A stretch of DNA of 64,000 nucleotides from the human T2T-CHM13v2.0 reference genome, Homo sapiens, in the NCBI RefSeq assembly GCF_009914755.1, contig NC_060925.1; one strand, given 5' to 3'. Made by a program: the position numbers and the translations under genes. Positions 16,269 through 29,490 of the stretch are shown one piece after another. Within the stretch, counting starts at the first letter, position 1, and each line of letters begins with the position of its first letter. The notes beneath the pieces were generated by a model. The model was given only the letters and a program-made list of their open reading frames with translations, did not search any database and was not told where the DNA came from.

Positions 16269-18514
16269 CAGGCATACCTTGGAGATACTGCGGGTTTGGT
16301 TCCAGGCCACTGCAATAAAACGAGTATCTCAATAAAGTGAGTCACACAAATATTTTGGTTCCAAGTGCATATAAAAACAAGGTACACTTGATGTTGATGG
16401 CTACTGACTGACCAGGGTGCTGGATGCTGAAGGTAGAGGTGGCTGTGTCAATTTCTTAAAATAAAGCAACAATGAAATTTGCTGCAAGGATTGAGTCTTC
16501 CTTTTACCAAATATTTCTCTGTAGCGTGTGACACTATTTGATAGCATTACAGTAGAACTTCTTTCAAAATTAGGGTCAGTCCTCTCAAACTCTGCTGCAC
16601 TGCTTTATCAACTAAGTTTATCTAAATCTTTGTTGCCATTTCAACAATGTTCATAGCGGGTCTACAGGGAGTATATTCCATCTCAAGAAACCAATTTATT
16701 TGCTCATCCCTAAGAAGCAACTCCTCATTCATTAAAATTTTATTATGAAATTGTAGCCATTCAGTCACATCTTCAGGCTCCACTTCTCATCGTAGTTCTC
16801 TTGCTATTTCTGTTACATGTGCAGTTACTTCCTCCACTGGAGTCTGAACCCCTCAAAGTCATCCTGGAGAACTGGAATTCACTTCTTCCAAGCTCCTGTT
16901 GATGTTGATGTTTTGACCTCCTTCCATGAATCATGAATGTTCTAATGGCATCCAGAATGATTAATCTTTTCCAGAAGGTTTTCAATTTGCTTTGTTTGGG
17001 TCCTTCAGAGGAGTCACTATCTATGGCAGCTGTAGCCTTACACAATATATTTCTTAAATAATAAGACTTGAAAGTTAAAATGACTGCTGATCCATGGGCA
17101 GCAGAATGGATGGTGTGTTAACAGGCATGAAAACAACATTCATCCCCTTGAACATCTCCATCAGAGATCTTGGGTAACCAGGTGCGTTGTTAATGACAGT
17201 AATATTTTGAAAGAAATATATTTCTGAGCAGTAGGTTTCAACAGGGGGCTTAAAATATTCAGTAAACCATGCTGTAAAGAGATGGGCTGTCATGCCGTCT
17301 TTGTTGTTCCATTTATAGAGAACATGCAGACTTGATTTACCACAATTCTTAAGGACCCCAGGACTTTCAAAATAGTAAATGAGCACTGGCTTTAACTTAA
17401 AGTCACCAGCTGTGTCACTAGCTGTCCTTTGAAGCTTTGAAACCAGTTATTGATTTCTCTTCTCTAGCTATGAAAGTCCCAGATGGCCTCTTCTTCCAAT
17501 AGATGGCTCTTCCATTCACATTGAAAATCTGTTGTTTAGTGTAGCCACCTTCATCAATGATCTTAACTAGATCTCCTGGATAACTTGCTGCAGCTTCTGA
17601 ATCAGCACTTGCTACTTCACCTTCCATTTTTATGTTACAGAGACAGCTTCTTTCCTTTAACCTCATGAACCAACCTCTGCTAACTTCGAACTTTTCTTCT
17701 GCAGCTTCGTTCCCTCTCTCAGCCTTTATAGAATTGAAGAGTTAGAGCCTTGCTCTGGATTAGGCTTTGGCTTAGGAGAATGTTGTGGCTGGTTTGATTT
17801 TTCTATCTAGACTGTCCAAACTTTTTCCATATCAGCCATAAGGCTGCTTTGCTTTCTTATTATGCATGTGTTCACTGGAGTAGCACTTTTAATCTCCTTC
17901 AAGAACTTTTTCTTTGCATTCACATCTTGGCTAACTGTTTGGCACAGGAGGCCTAGCTTTCGGCCTATCTCAGCTTTGGACATTCCTTCCTTACCCGGCT
18001 TAATCATTTCTAGCTTTTGGTTTAAAGTGAGAGAGGTAAGACTCTCCCTTTCACTTGACCACTTTACTGATGGGCCATTGTAGGGTTATTAATTGGTCTA
18101 ATTTCAATATTATTGTGTCTCAGGGAATACAGAGGCCTGAGGAGAGGGAGAGAGATGGGGGAATGGCTGGTTGGTGGAGCAGTCAGAACACATACACATT
18201 TATGGATTAAGTTTGCTGTCTCATATGGGCACAGTTTAAGGTGCCCTCCAAAAATTACAATAGTAACAATAACGATCACTAATCACAAATTATCATAACA
18301 GAGATGATTATTAAAAAGTATGAAATATTGTGTGAATTAACAAAATGTGACAGATATGAGGTGAGCACATGCTGTTAGAAGAATAGCACTAATAGACATG
18401 CTTGACACAGGGTTGCCGCAAACCTTTAATTTGTAAAACAAACAAACAAAAAAACCCCAATATCTGTAAAGCACAACAGAGTGAAATGCACTAAAACAAC
18501 GTGTGCCTGGCCTG
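16269..18514 (-). mobile_element. Tigger1 DNA transposon (TcMar/pogo), near full length
   Basis: TIRs 'caggcatacc' and 'gtgtgcctg(gcctg)'; TA flanks at 16267-16268 and 18515-18516; transposase fragments on the - strand. Confidence 0.95.
16387..18078 (-). pseudogene. Disrupted Tigger1 transposase (HTH-psq, CENP-B HTH, DDE fragments)
   Basis: ORF pieces 17807-18007 ([13 protein letters not shown]...[11 protein letters not shown]), 17418-17666 (GEVASAD...QIFNV), 17075-17386 (WNNK..MTAHLF..WF, NNAPGYP, PMDQ) and 16773-17045, broken by frameshifts and stops. Confidence 0.9.
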
Positions 18515-18836
18515 TATTTTTACATTGTTACTGCTGAGAAAACTGTGACTTGGGTGGATTATTGCATCTGGTATGTGGAAGAGCCTGACTCCAGCACTTT
18601 ACTCTTTCCACCACATCGTGGGACGTTCTAACATCCTTTCTCCTCCACCAATACCATGTCCCACACAATGGGAAAGGTCTCCATAGGATGCCTGTAGAGA
18701 ACCTGGCAGCCCTGTTTTCCAGTAGTTCCCCTGAGACTGACTGAAGTGAGAAAGTTAGATTAAATCCAAGCTGTAGTCCTCTTTATTGTGTTGCAGTGAG
18801 AACCGTGATTTCAGCTGTTGAATAATCAATATAGTC

Positions 18837-19310
18837 TGTTTATTATTTTCTATTGCTGCTGTAACAAATTACCACAAACTTAGTGACTTAAACAGCACAT
18901 TTATCTTATAGTTGTGTACATCAGAAGTTCACTATGGGTCTCACTGGGCTAAAAATCAAGATGCTGGCACAGCTGTTTCTTTCTGGAGCTCCAAGAGGAT
19001 AATCCTTTTCCTTGCCTTTTCTAGCTTAAAGAGGCTGCTGGTATTCCCCAGCTCGTGGCCCCATCCTGTATCTTCAAAGCCAGCATTATTGCATCTCTCT
19101 GACCATTCTTCCATAGATATATCTCTTCTATCTTCCTCTTCCACTTTTGAGGACTCTTGTGATTACATTGTACCAGTGGCTGATCCAGGATAATCTCTCC
19201 ATCTGCAGGGCCTTAATTTAATCACACCTGCCAAGTACCTTTTGCCATGTAAAGTAACATGTTCACTGTTCTGGGGATTAGTATGTAGACATCTTTGGGG
19301 AGGATGCAGC
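18837..19310 (-). mobile_element. MaLR solo LTR (MLT1D/C-like)
   Basis: 'tgctgctgtaacaaattaccacaaacttagtg', 'cttcaaagccagc', 'cttttgccatgtaaagtaacat'. Confidence 0.85.
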
Positions 19311-20477
19311 TTGTAATACTGACTGTCTGTATTTGGTGACATTAGTTGTGAGCTCATGTTTCATTCTGTGGTAACATAATTCCGCCCTACTTCCTAGAAT
19401 CAGTGGCCATACAGATTACGTTTGCCTTTTGGTCAATAATCTGATGCCTTGAAGAACTCAAGTCTTGATGGGGGTTATCTGAACAGCCAGTTATGCAAAG
19501 GACTGGAATGTGAGGAGACTGCTGAGTCAGCAGCTGTGTCCTCAAAGCTGGGCTCTCCTATTAACTTGCCATGTGCATTAGGACAGATTGCATAGGCTTC
19601 TACCTCTGATATTCCGTAGGAATGAGCATTCTCACCTACTGTCTAGGGTTGCTATAATCACTTATAGGATAGTAATGCAGTTTCTAAAGTTGCATTTTTA
19701 CATATGTACTTACAATATTAAAGCCAAATATAATAATGAGGAATGTTATTATAATATTTGGAATGAGGATTTGTGGTGGAGGAAAAACAAAACCCTATGC
19801 ATGCAAATTCCAGAAAGAAAGGATGTATGCACTCTCCCTCCTCTGGAATCATATTTTAATTCTGAATCCTTGTCACATAAGGAGTTACTGAGGTTCTGAG
19901 ATTATTCTCAAACTTTAGGAGGAGGTCCTAGAAGGGGCTAAGCCTGATAAGATGCTGCCTGGAGGTTAGAAAAGCAAAGTCTTCCTTCTCCTCCTCCTTC
20001 GTAGTTGCTTTGCTTAACTTTTGTTTACTTATATATTTTTTGTAAATGTTAAAATAACACTTGTAATTATGGCATCAAGATGGGGTATTCCTGGTGTGAT
20101 GGATCTATATTCAGCACCATTTATTTAAGACCTTAAGAAACACTCAGTGAAGCAACATTCTGGTTGGCACCACGTTATAATGCATGTCACTGGCAGAAAT
20201 CCTAATGTCATTGCATTTGGTTCTGGAATGTTGTGATCATCCCACAGATGGGTGTTTAACCCTGTGAGATGTTTCCACAGTGCATTTAATTATTGTTAAA
20301 CAGTAATTTCTGTTTTTTTTAATGTAAAGCCTGACTCATATATATTGTATAAAGTGTTTTGAAAAGATGAAGAAAAAAAACAAAACAAAACAAAACAAAA
20401 AAAAACAAAAAAACCCCAGCTCTCTCCCACTGGCCAGAAATAGCTACTATTAAGTATTTTGGTACACATCTTCTTCA

Positions 20478-20833
20478 GGTGGACTGAGTGTGTCTCCCCC
20501 AAATTCATACGTTGAAACTCTAACCCCCAATGGGATGATATCAAGAGGTGGTAATTAGACTTGGATTAGGTCATGAGGGTGGGGCCCTCATGATGGGATT
20601 AGTGTCCTTAGAAGAAGTGAAAGAGAGTCAAGTTCACTCTCTTGGCTGTGTGAGGACACAGTGAGAAGACTGCCATTTGCAAACCAAGAAGCAGGCCCTC
20701 ACCAGACACTGGATCTGTTTGTTGACACCTTGATTTTGGATGTTCCAGCCTCCAGAACTTGAGAAGTAAATGTTTGTTGTTTAAGCCATTAGTTTATGAC
20801 ACTTTCGTTATAGCAACCCGAGCAGACTGACAC
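20478..20833 (+). mobile_element. MaLR solo LTR (MLT1A0-like)
   Basis: 'cccccaaattcatacgttgaa', 'ggggccctcatgatgggattagtgtcctt', 'ccagcctccagaact'. Confidence 0.88.
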
Positions 20834-20908
20834 TGTTTCAGATTTTCAGATTGTAATTGTTGCAAAAATGGAATGCTTTTAACAAAAATGAAATGTTATG
20901 CATAAAGG

Positions 20909-21244
20909 TTTTTTTGTTGTTGGTTTTGTTGTTGTTGTTGTTATTTATTTGTTTGTTTTTTTGAGACAGGGTCTCACTTTGTCACCCAGGCTGTAGTGGA
21001 GTGACCTGATCTCGGCTCACTACAGACTTGACCTCCTAGGCTCAAGTGATCCTCCCACCTCAGCCCCCGAAGTAGCTGGGACTATAGGCCGCACCATCAC
21101 ACCTGGCTAATTTTTTGTATTTTTTGTAAAGATGGGGTTTCGTCATGTTGCCCAGGCTGGTCTTGAACTCCTGAGCTCAAGTGATCCACCCGCCTAGGCC
21201 TCCCAAAGTGCTAGGATTACAGGCATGAGCCACCACATTCAGCC
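20909..21244 (-). mobile_element. AluJ (Jb-like)
   Basis: 'ctcaagtgatcctcccacctcagcc'; degenerate GTT tail; TSD atgcataaag (20898-20907 / 21248-21257). Confidence 0.92.
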
Positions 21245-22749
21245 ACCATGCATAAAGTTTTGTGATCTTCTTTATTCACTTAATAGTTTATATGATTACT
21301 TCACATCTTTAAATAATCCTTTACAACATTGTTTTTAATGGCTGAGTATAGTTACATTCTATTAATACATATATTTATTTAACCAGATCCCATTTTTTGA
21401 CATTTAGCTTGTTTCTAGTTTCTCACAGCTGTCAACATCTTTGTAGTTACATCACAAAATCATTCAAAATTATTCCTTAAGAATAAATTTCTAAATAGAA
21501 TTTTGCACCCAAGGGTATGGAGAATTCTAATGCTTTTGATACTTACATTGTCAAATTGACTCCTCCTGCCCTCCAGTATTATACCCTCTGAGTATGAGAA
21601 TGTGTTGGGCTTTCTACCACCCTCTCCAGTGTGTAGAGGTGTTATAGACCTGTGAAAACGGCTGAGTAGAAGATGTTGGAGATAGTTCATGGAAATGTAG
21701 GTCAGTGACAATGAGGGGCTCAGGCAAATTCTTGAGCTGGATCAGAAGCAGAGTGACCTTGCAATTGTAGTCATGTTCAGAGCCATGAACATTTGCCTGC
21801 TGTCCTGATTAAAAATTTCCTGTGTCTATGATGCCATGTGATGTGCTGGGCAGATGCCAGACTGTTTCCTGCTTGATTCAGCTACATTCATGAGACCATG
21901 TAGCAATCAGAAATAAGAGAGCATTTTGAGGAGTTCTGAGGGCCAAGTAAAATGTGGTGGTATAACATATTCTTGTCATTATCCCTGGCTTGCCATCTTA
22001 CTGTGAAGAAGCCCCTTCCTAGCAAGGAAAACTAGCAGCAGCCCAAAGCCAAAACCAGTTTAATTACCCATTGACTGTTTTCCCATCTGCCTAGTAGGGA
22101 AAGTGGCTGGACTCTTGAAAACTGGGACCAATTCTCATGTTTAAGACTTTAACAAAACAGCCTCTGGTCAAATGGCATGCTGGAGTTTTTAGATGAAAGA
22201 TGCTATTTTGTATAAGCAAATGGTGCCCTTTGCAATCGTTTTGTAAATTATCTGTGGCCTGCTGGAAAGCTACTCAGTATTCTGTTCCACAAACTTCTGC
22301 TTAATGAGATAATTCTTCTCTATATTTCTGTTGCTGGAATTGGGCTCACACACTGTCTCTTTATAGGCCATTTCCATAATGCTTGATTAATGCTCTGTTG
22401 TTAATATCTTATAAGACCTGGATCACTTGCTTTATTGAAATGGGATTTTTTAGACTGTAGGGGCAGCACTCTTGTTTGTGGGCTCTGATATATGCCACAC
22501 AGCCTACAACTCGACTCTGGCAAATGTTGAAAGTGCCTAAATTTTTTCAACATTAGCACAAGAGGGCAATCTGGCTGGCTTCTGTCGAATCTTTGGAAAA
22601 AGTGACAGAGGTGCTTTGAATGTGGGCTGCATGTGTAGTGGTCTTATGTGCCTTCCTTGAAGTGCAGTGAGTTTTGTTGAATGATAACAGTGTAATAAAT
22701 GTCTCTATTTTTATTTTCAAATGTTGAACAGTTGGTTAAGATTATTTTA

Positions 22750-23061
<312 letters not shown>

Positions 23062-23489
23062 AAGATTATTTTAGTGTTTTTCATGTATATGAAGTTTGAA
23101 TTTGCATTATAGTATATGTGTTATGATAGTTGTATCATGTCATTTTACCTTACAATAGGAGGTCTAAGAACAGTTTTTTATATGTTGAACATTTCAGCTC
23201 TTAATAACTACCCAGAAATTGTCACTTGAAAATGCCATTATAAAAAACCAAAATGTGTTCCTGTCTAGGCAGACTTCATCTATTTGAAACATGGAAAAAG
23301 TTTAAGGTGCTCATTTAGTTCTGCTAATTATTTATTGTAGAAAAAACTGGTATTTTTTGTTAGTAGTCTGTTAATTCTTACCTTAAGCAAACTGGTTTCC
23401 ATAATTTGGATGGAAAAGAAAACACCTTTGCATACAGAATCAGATTTCTCCTACTCAAAGAATTGGACTGTGCTTGGTGTTTCAACAAA

Positions 23490-24060
23490 TATTCATTTAA
23501 TAGACAAATATTTGAGTATCAGTATCTGACAGAATGTTCTAGGCACTGGGAAACAGGTAAATAAGATAGGCGAGATCTCTCTTCTCATGGAACTTATGTT
23601 CAAATGGGAAAGTCTGGTTATAATACAAAGACACAGTAGACAGGGTAACATCAGAGAGTGGTCAGTTCTGTGAATAAAATAAAGAGAAAATAAAGAGAAA
23701 ATTATTTTTATCTAAATAAAGAGGGTAATGTGACGGAGAGTGATTCTGGGGAAGGCCAGGTGGGGCTACTTTGAAAGTGTCTGGGAAGTCCTCTCTGAGG
23801 AGGGGTAATTTGAGTTAAAACCTGAATATTGCCAATGAGCCAGGCTTGCCAAGATCTGTTCATGGCGAGGGATCAGCAGGTACAAGATTGGGAGGCAGCA
23901 GTGAGCTGGGCCCCTCCCAGCAACAGAGGGATGGTTTGTGCTGAGTGAAGTGAGTGAGAGCACCCTCCAGTGAAGATGAAGAGGGGCCAGTCCCAGATCG
24001 TGGAGACCTTCTAGGGCATGGCTAGTGAGTTTCTCACCCTTTTGTAATCCAGGCCTGTGA
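23490..24060 (-). mobile_element. L2 fragment
   Basis: 'attcatttaatagacaaatatttgagt...ctaggcactggg' and 'cctctctgaggaggggtaatttgagt'. Confidence 0.7.
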
Positions 24061-24333
24061 ATTGATGCCAAGTGAGATTTTGTGGAGCTTAACTTTTTGT
24101 AGTGGATATTACAAAAATAATGTAACTTTAACAGTCTCTGTCTTACCCTCCCTGCCCCTCTCTGGCCATGTTCACATAGAACGTGTTTCATCTCTGCTCC
24201 CCATGATAGCCCTTCAGATACTTGGCTCCGCCATCTCTCTAGGCTAAACATCTCTAGTTTTATCAGCTGTCCTTCCCTGCTTGAATGGGCTCTTCAACTT
24301 CAAGATTTCTTTCTTCTCTGAACACATTTTTTT

Positions 24334-24421
24334 TAAATTTTATTTTATTTTATTATTATTATACTCTAAGTTTTAGGGTACATGTGCACAATGTGCAGGT
24401 TAGTTACATATGTATACATGT
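24334..24421 (-). mobile_element. Ultra-short 5'-truncated L1PA (about 65 bp of 3'UTR plus tail)
   Basis: 'atactctaagttttagggtacatgtgcacaatgtgcaggttagttacatatgtatacatgt'; TSD tctgaacacattttttt (24317 / 24422). Confidence 0.92.
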
Positions 24422-24447
24422 TCTGAACACATTTTTTTAAACAATCT

Positions 24448-24855
24448 GATTTTATTTATTTTTAATTGACAAATAATGTGCATATTCATGGGGTATATAA
24501 TGATATCTTAATACATAGAATATATAATGATCAGATCAGGATAATTAGCATATTCATAATCTCAAACATTTATCATTTCCTTGTGTTGGGAACATTCAGT
24601 GTCTTCCTTCTAGCTATCTGAAACTTTATATATTATTGTTAACTATAGTTATCCGGCAGTGGTGGAGAAGTCTGGGACTTAGTCCTCCTATGTAGCGTAA
24701 TTTTGTATCCTTTGCCAAATCTCTCCCTATTACCCTCTTCCCCCTACCCTTCCCAGCCTCTAGGACCCGCTGTTCTGCTTTTTACTTTTATGAAATCAAC
24801 TTTTTTTTAGCTTCCGTATGTGAGTGAGAACATGCAGTGTTTACCTTTCTGTCCC
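24448..24855 (-). mobile_element. L1MA (MA4-5-like) 3' end
   Basis: 'aatgatcagatcaggataattagcata...ctcaaacatttatcatttc' and 'tgagtgagaacatgcagtgttt'. Confidence 0.85.
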
Positions 24856-26033
24856 TTAATGTCTGAGAACCTCAGGAATTGGTCACATTCTGATGGTCTG
24901 AGGAGAGCAGTGGAAGAGGGATGAGATGCTAGGGTAACCATCATCAGGGTTTTTGAGGGCTGTGTCTTTTTCCAGAAGCAATGGCTCCCTATCGTGTTAC
25001 TTTTCTAGAGTCCTGAATGGGCAGGGGCCCTGTGTGGGAGACTCTGTAAGCAGAATCTGACAGAGTTGTTCCCTGGTCCACCACCGTCTAACACCCCATG
25101 GCTAGACTTGCCCGTCCATATCAGCCTTATGTAAAGCAGCTCTTCTGTTGGCCTCACTTTGATTTTTCTCAGTGTGCCCCATACCACGGGCACTGTCCAC
25201 ACAGGAACATCAGATTGGAAAATATCCCTGAGTTCCCTAAGAGACAGGCACTACTCTGAGGATCTTCCTGCCCTGGCCCCACTTGCTTCTTTCCTGGGGT
25301 AGGGTTTCTTCCTAGCTTGCTTCTGACTGTTCTTTCCTGGGGGGGATCTTCCCTGCTTCGAAGTGTTTTCTGTGCACTATGGTGCAGGGGTTTGTGAGGG
25401 CAACTGTACAGCTTGTTTCTTTCTGTTTCCTCTCCACAACCCATAGATCTGAGATTATCAGGTTTTGCCCATGTGGAGGTACAATGGGAAGATCCTGTGT
25501 TCCCCCAGGACTCTTTAGCATGTCTTCTTTGATTTACTGAATTACTTGAGGGATCTGTGTTTGGGCTGGCAGAAGAAGATAAGGGATTCCAGAAATTCTT
25601 GCCGCGTTCTCCTAGATAGCTGGCTACATTCTCTTCCTCTTCCTCTTCCTCCCCCATTGATAAGGCCTGGGGGTAAGAGAGAGTCCAACTCAGATTGATC
25701 CTGTAGTTGACCTCTTTGTGTTTGTCACTCATTCTTGATCTTTCTAATGAAGAAAGTTGGCCCATTAATTTTAATTATGGTAATAATGTCATTGAAATCA
25801 CACCATTCATTTAGCCTAGGTATTACCCTACTCATGTAGAATTAGATAATAAATGCCAAAGTGGTGATGTAGATCCTGGCCTGTGGTTGGTGCTGAGCTA
25901 GGGGGTTCTATTCTACTGCTACTCAGATAGGGAGTGGTTGTCCCCTGGAAGATAAGGGACTTGTCTGGGGTTTTTAATGCCAGTGTTTTTGGGCTCCCAC
26001 CTCTGTGTCCTGGATTATTTGAATAGTCCAGAC

Positions 26034-26221
26034 CAGTGATTCTGAAAATGTGATCCCCAGACCAGTAGTGTCAGGCTCACCTGGGAACTTGTTAGAAATG
26101 TGGAGTTTCAGGCCCCACCCAGCACCTGTGGAATATGAAACTCTGGGGGTGGGGCCCAGCAATCTGTGTTTGACAAGCCCTCCAGGTGATTCTGATGTGT
26201 GCTCAAGCTTGACAACTGCTG
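26034..26221. mobile_element. MER5A (hAT-Charlie MITE)
   Basis: 'cacctgggaacttgttagaaatg...ggggcccagcaatctgtgtttgacaagccctccaggtgattctgatg'; cag...ctg ends. Confidence 0.9.
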
Positions 26222-29049
26222 GTCTGAGCCATCAACCTGACTGCCGTTTTCCAGGGTTTTTTCAAGAAGTGTCTTAGACTCTAGTGTGAAAGTTGCTACT
26301 CTGCAGATTGTCCTGTTAAACTGGGAAAGGGCTCAGGAAAGTTCAAAAGGGATGATGTATGGGTTTTTGTGTTGGTGTGTAGCTGGTGGGGAGGAAGGCA
26401 CTCTGAGTGTAGCATGAGGCCTGGTGCAGCAGGCCTGGTCACTGGGGACACTAGGTTCAGAACAAGGAATACAAGTGGCACTTGTGTTAGAGGAACCAGA
26501 AGAAGAAAGAGGCTTGAAGACTGGCTTTACCACCACAGAAAGGCTGTTGCCTGCCATGTGGTTTTGGGCAAGGCCACTTTTCCCTGGCCTGTGCCTCAGT
26601 GGGCACTGCCTCTTTGCTTAGATGTCTCAACTTTTCTGTTCTTCCACTGGCCAATCCCTTTGCTGATTTAAATATATGTAAATATAGATTTTTAAAATAA
26701 TTTAATCTACCTGTAGTCAGGTTTACCAGCCTGGGCACCTTTCTGTTTTCCTCAGGTAATTTTGCACCTTTCTGTGTGGATCTGATATATGTTTTATTTT
26801 TCAGTTTAATGCTCAGGTCTCCTGAGCTTTTGCAGAGCAGAGCACATCCTCCCTTCCTTTATAGAGACTATGGGGGAGACTTAGCAAGGGATCTATTCTA
26901 GTCTTCTGATTTCAGCCAGACCCTCTATCTAACATGCCACTTTGACCCCTGGTAAAAGTCAAGAGTGTGCCCATGTGCCAGGAACTGACAGCCTCTGCAG
27001 AAAAATTCCTGTGATGAGAGAACTCACTGTGTGCTTTTGCGAACACTCAGGATGTTGAAGGATAGTTACAATAGTTACAGATTTTTCTTAACTGTACTGA
27101 AAAGATGACTCTCAGGCTGCAAGAAACACTGAAATGCCTTAAGGAGTGATGCTGTGAAGTGGCTGGAAAGGAGCTAAAGCTGGAAGCCTGGGTTGTTTGA
27201 TAATAATAGGAGCTCTAGATCCCCGAAGTGACAGGTTGTCTCTTCTGAATTATCTTAAGGCAGATTTCAGGGCTCTTCCAGGCTGAAGTGGAGGTAAGCT
27301 GAGGTGAAGGGAGATAAGATTCTGGGGCATTTTGTCCTGGAGCATGTCCCAGTCCCTGGGCATAAAGGGATAGACCCAGGGAACTCACAGCTGTTGGGTA
27401 TGCAGGCTGTTGAAAAGGCTCTAAGAGATAAAGTGGGAATGGCCTGAGAGTTAGAAAGGGAGCTAGACAAGCAATCAGGTCTGAGTGGAGTAAGGAGAGG
27501 GTATTTAAGAATTTGTGCTGATGGATTATTTTTGCTTCCTTTTCGCCTTGACCATTTACTGAATGTTTGTCTATCTTGCTGAATAGCAGCCAAGAGACTC
27601 TAACTTCTCTTGGTTTCCATCTGTATTTAGTTGGATTGTCTGTTCCCTTCTCTTCTGACAATTCCCTGAAGAATGTCTCCTGATTTTAGAGGGGGCCAGG
27701 GAAAAGGGGCCCTTTTCAGAAATCAAGCTAGATCTTTCCTATTTCTTCCTGACCCTTTTTCTAAAGCCTGAGATCACTCTTTTCTCACCCCTTCCTCTCA
27801 GTATTAGGTTCTGCTGCTCTCTTTTCCATCTCTAGATGGGTGTTTCTTTACTTTTCTTTCTTTCTTTTTAATTAAGTGGTTACCTTTCTGTCTGAGCTAT
27901 TGGCAGGGATTTGCCAGGAGATCCAAGGCAGAGCTGCCAGCTTACTGGAGTGTGACAGCTGCTGAGGCCTCCCGTCTCACAGGCTCTGCAGAGATCCAGG
28001 GCTGTCACTTCAACAAGTGTCAGATATACACACTCTGCTTGCAGAGCTCCCCATGCATAGCCTTAAATAAATATCCCAGATATATCTGCCCTGTTTCCCA
28101 TCTCAGACTCCTCTTTTCGTCTCCATCTGGTTTTCAAACATGATTTCCCAACTTCCCAATTACCATCTCGCAAGACCCCTATATGTCCCCTCTCTTCTCT
28201 TCATCTCTCTGATAAAATAAGGAACCAAAACAGCCATTACTACTTTAATAGAGCAGAGAGTCTATTCCCTTGGCTGCGATGAGTTTGCAAGACTGCTCTG
28301 CCCAGTCTTGTTTGCAGAGAGCCTGGTTGGTCCATCTCTGTAGGTTGTGAGTTTGCGCTGGTTTGGGAACCCCTCTCTCTGGCTGAGGAAAGTCCTCCCC
28401 GTATTTAAGTACCCTTCAGTGCTGGCTGTGCCCTTTTTTGTGTTGAGACGTTTTCTCAAAGGGCACTGTGGTTTCTACTTTCCTGCTGGAAGTTCCATGT
28501 CTGTGCAAAAGTTTCCTGTAACCTTTCAAGGTTTGTACTCTGTTCCAGAGGGGCTCTTGGATATGAAAATGGTCTTTTTTTCTTAAATGATCTCACAGAT
28601 GATCAAAAGGAGCACATAAAAGCTGTCCTGGGGATTTGGCAAGGTTGCCAGTGTTCTCTTTACCTTTGGTCTGGTATTTAGGTCTGAGACAGTGTCTCGC
28701 CAACAGCCCTTGCTTTCCTCGGGGGGTTGGGGCTGAGAGACACAGAAGGGGAGGCAAGAGGGGCGTATTAATTCCTCTAGGAAGTAGAACTTCATTTTTA
28801 TTCTAGGAGAGCCATTTGAAATTGGGTTGGCACATTCAGTCCTGAAAAAGTGACCTTGCAGGAGCTAGAATTTTATATCCAGCATTATTTTGGAGGACCT
28901 GGCCAGCAGTATTTCCCCTGGATGTATTATTGCATTAACCCTATCCAGTCACTCCTATGAGGTTTGTCTGGACTAGGATTGCTTGTGCCTCATAGTAGAG
29001 GAAAAGCCAGAGATGATGTTCTCTGGACTCACGGAAGCCGCTTAGCAGT

Positions 29050-29200
29050 TCTGTGATTTTTGTAAAATCTGCTTTCTCTCTGGTGAAATGGGATAGGGGT
29101 AGTATAGAGGGTCTCTGAGGACTCAGTGACACAATATATAAAGTACTTAGTATAGTATCTAGCACATAGTAGATATTCAATAAATGGAAGCTGTCATCGT
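29050..29200 (+). mobile_element. MIR fragment
   Basis: 'tataaagtacttagtatagtatctagcacatagtagatattcaataaatg'. Confidence 0.65.
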
Positions 29201-29269
29201 GAATAATCACATTGATAATTATTAATATTAATACCAAATTACTATTTCTCAGCATGAAGTTGGTACCCC

Positions 29270-29490
29270 ATATTTACTGTCCCATAAGTACCTTGCTCTT
29301 ACTCATTGCATTTATCACTCTGTCCTTTAATCACCATTGTACTTGCTTTCTCTCTACGAGGCCATACTCCTAGACCCTTGAAAACACTAGTAATGTCAGG
29401 TTTACCATTGCATCCCAGCATCTCCAGCACCTGGCATGGTACCTGGCACATATGACAGGCTCAGTATTTATGCATTAAATAAATACATGA
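29270..29490 (+). mobile_element. L2 3' end
   Basis: 'cagcacctggcatggtacctggcacatatgacaggctcagtatttatgcattaaataaat'. Confidence 0.6.

Larger units (their letters stand above)
16140..18620 (-). mobile_element. MIR split into two halves by the Tigger1 insertion
   Basis: Reverse-MIR-like sequence at 16140-16268 continues at 18515-18620 ('gctgagaaaactgtgact...ctttccaccacatc'). Confidence 0.5.
20290..21640 (-). mobile_element. Old L1ME-type 3' end, interrupted by an MLT1A LTR and an AluJ
   Basis: 'tttttaatggctgagtatagtt...atttatttaacca...gacatttagcttgtttctagttt'. Confidence 0.55.

Noticed and set aside
23766-24251. 161-aa ORF on the - strand
   Set aside because: Starts at a non-ATG codon, overlaps a degenerate L2 and has no recognisable homology
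25169-25765. Longest ORF (198 aa, - strand) with a poly-E stretch
   Set aside because: No recognisable domain. The poly-E comes from a TCC/TCT microrepeat, and an ORF of this length is plausible by chance in 64 kb.
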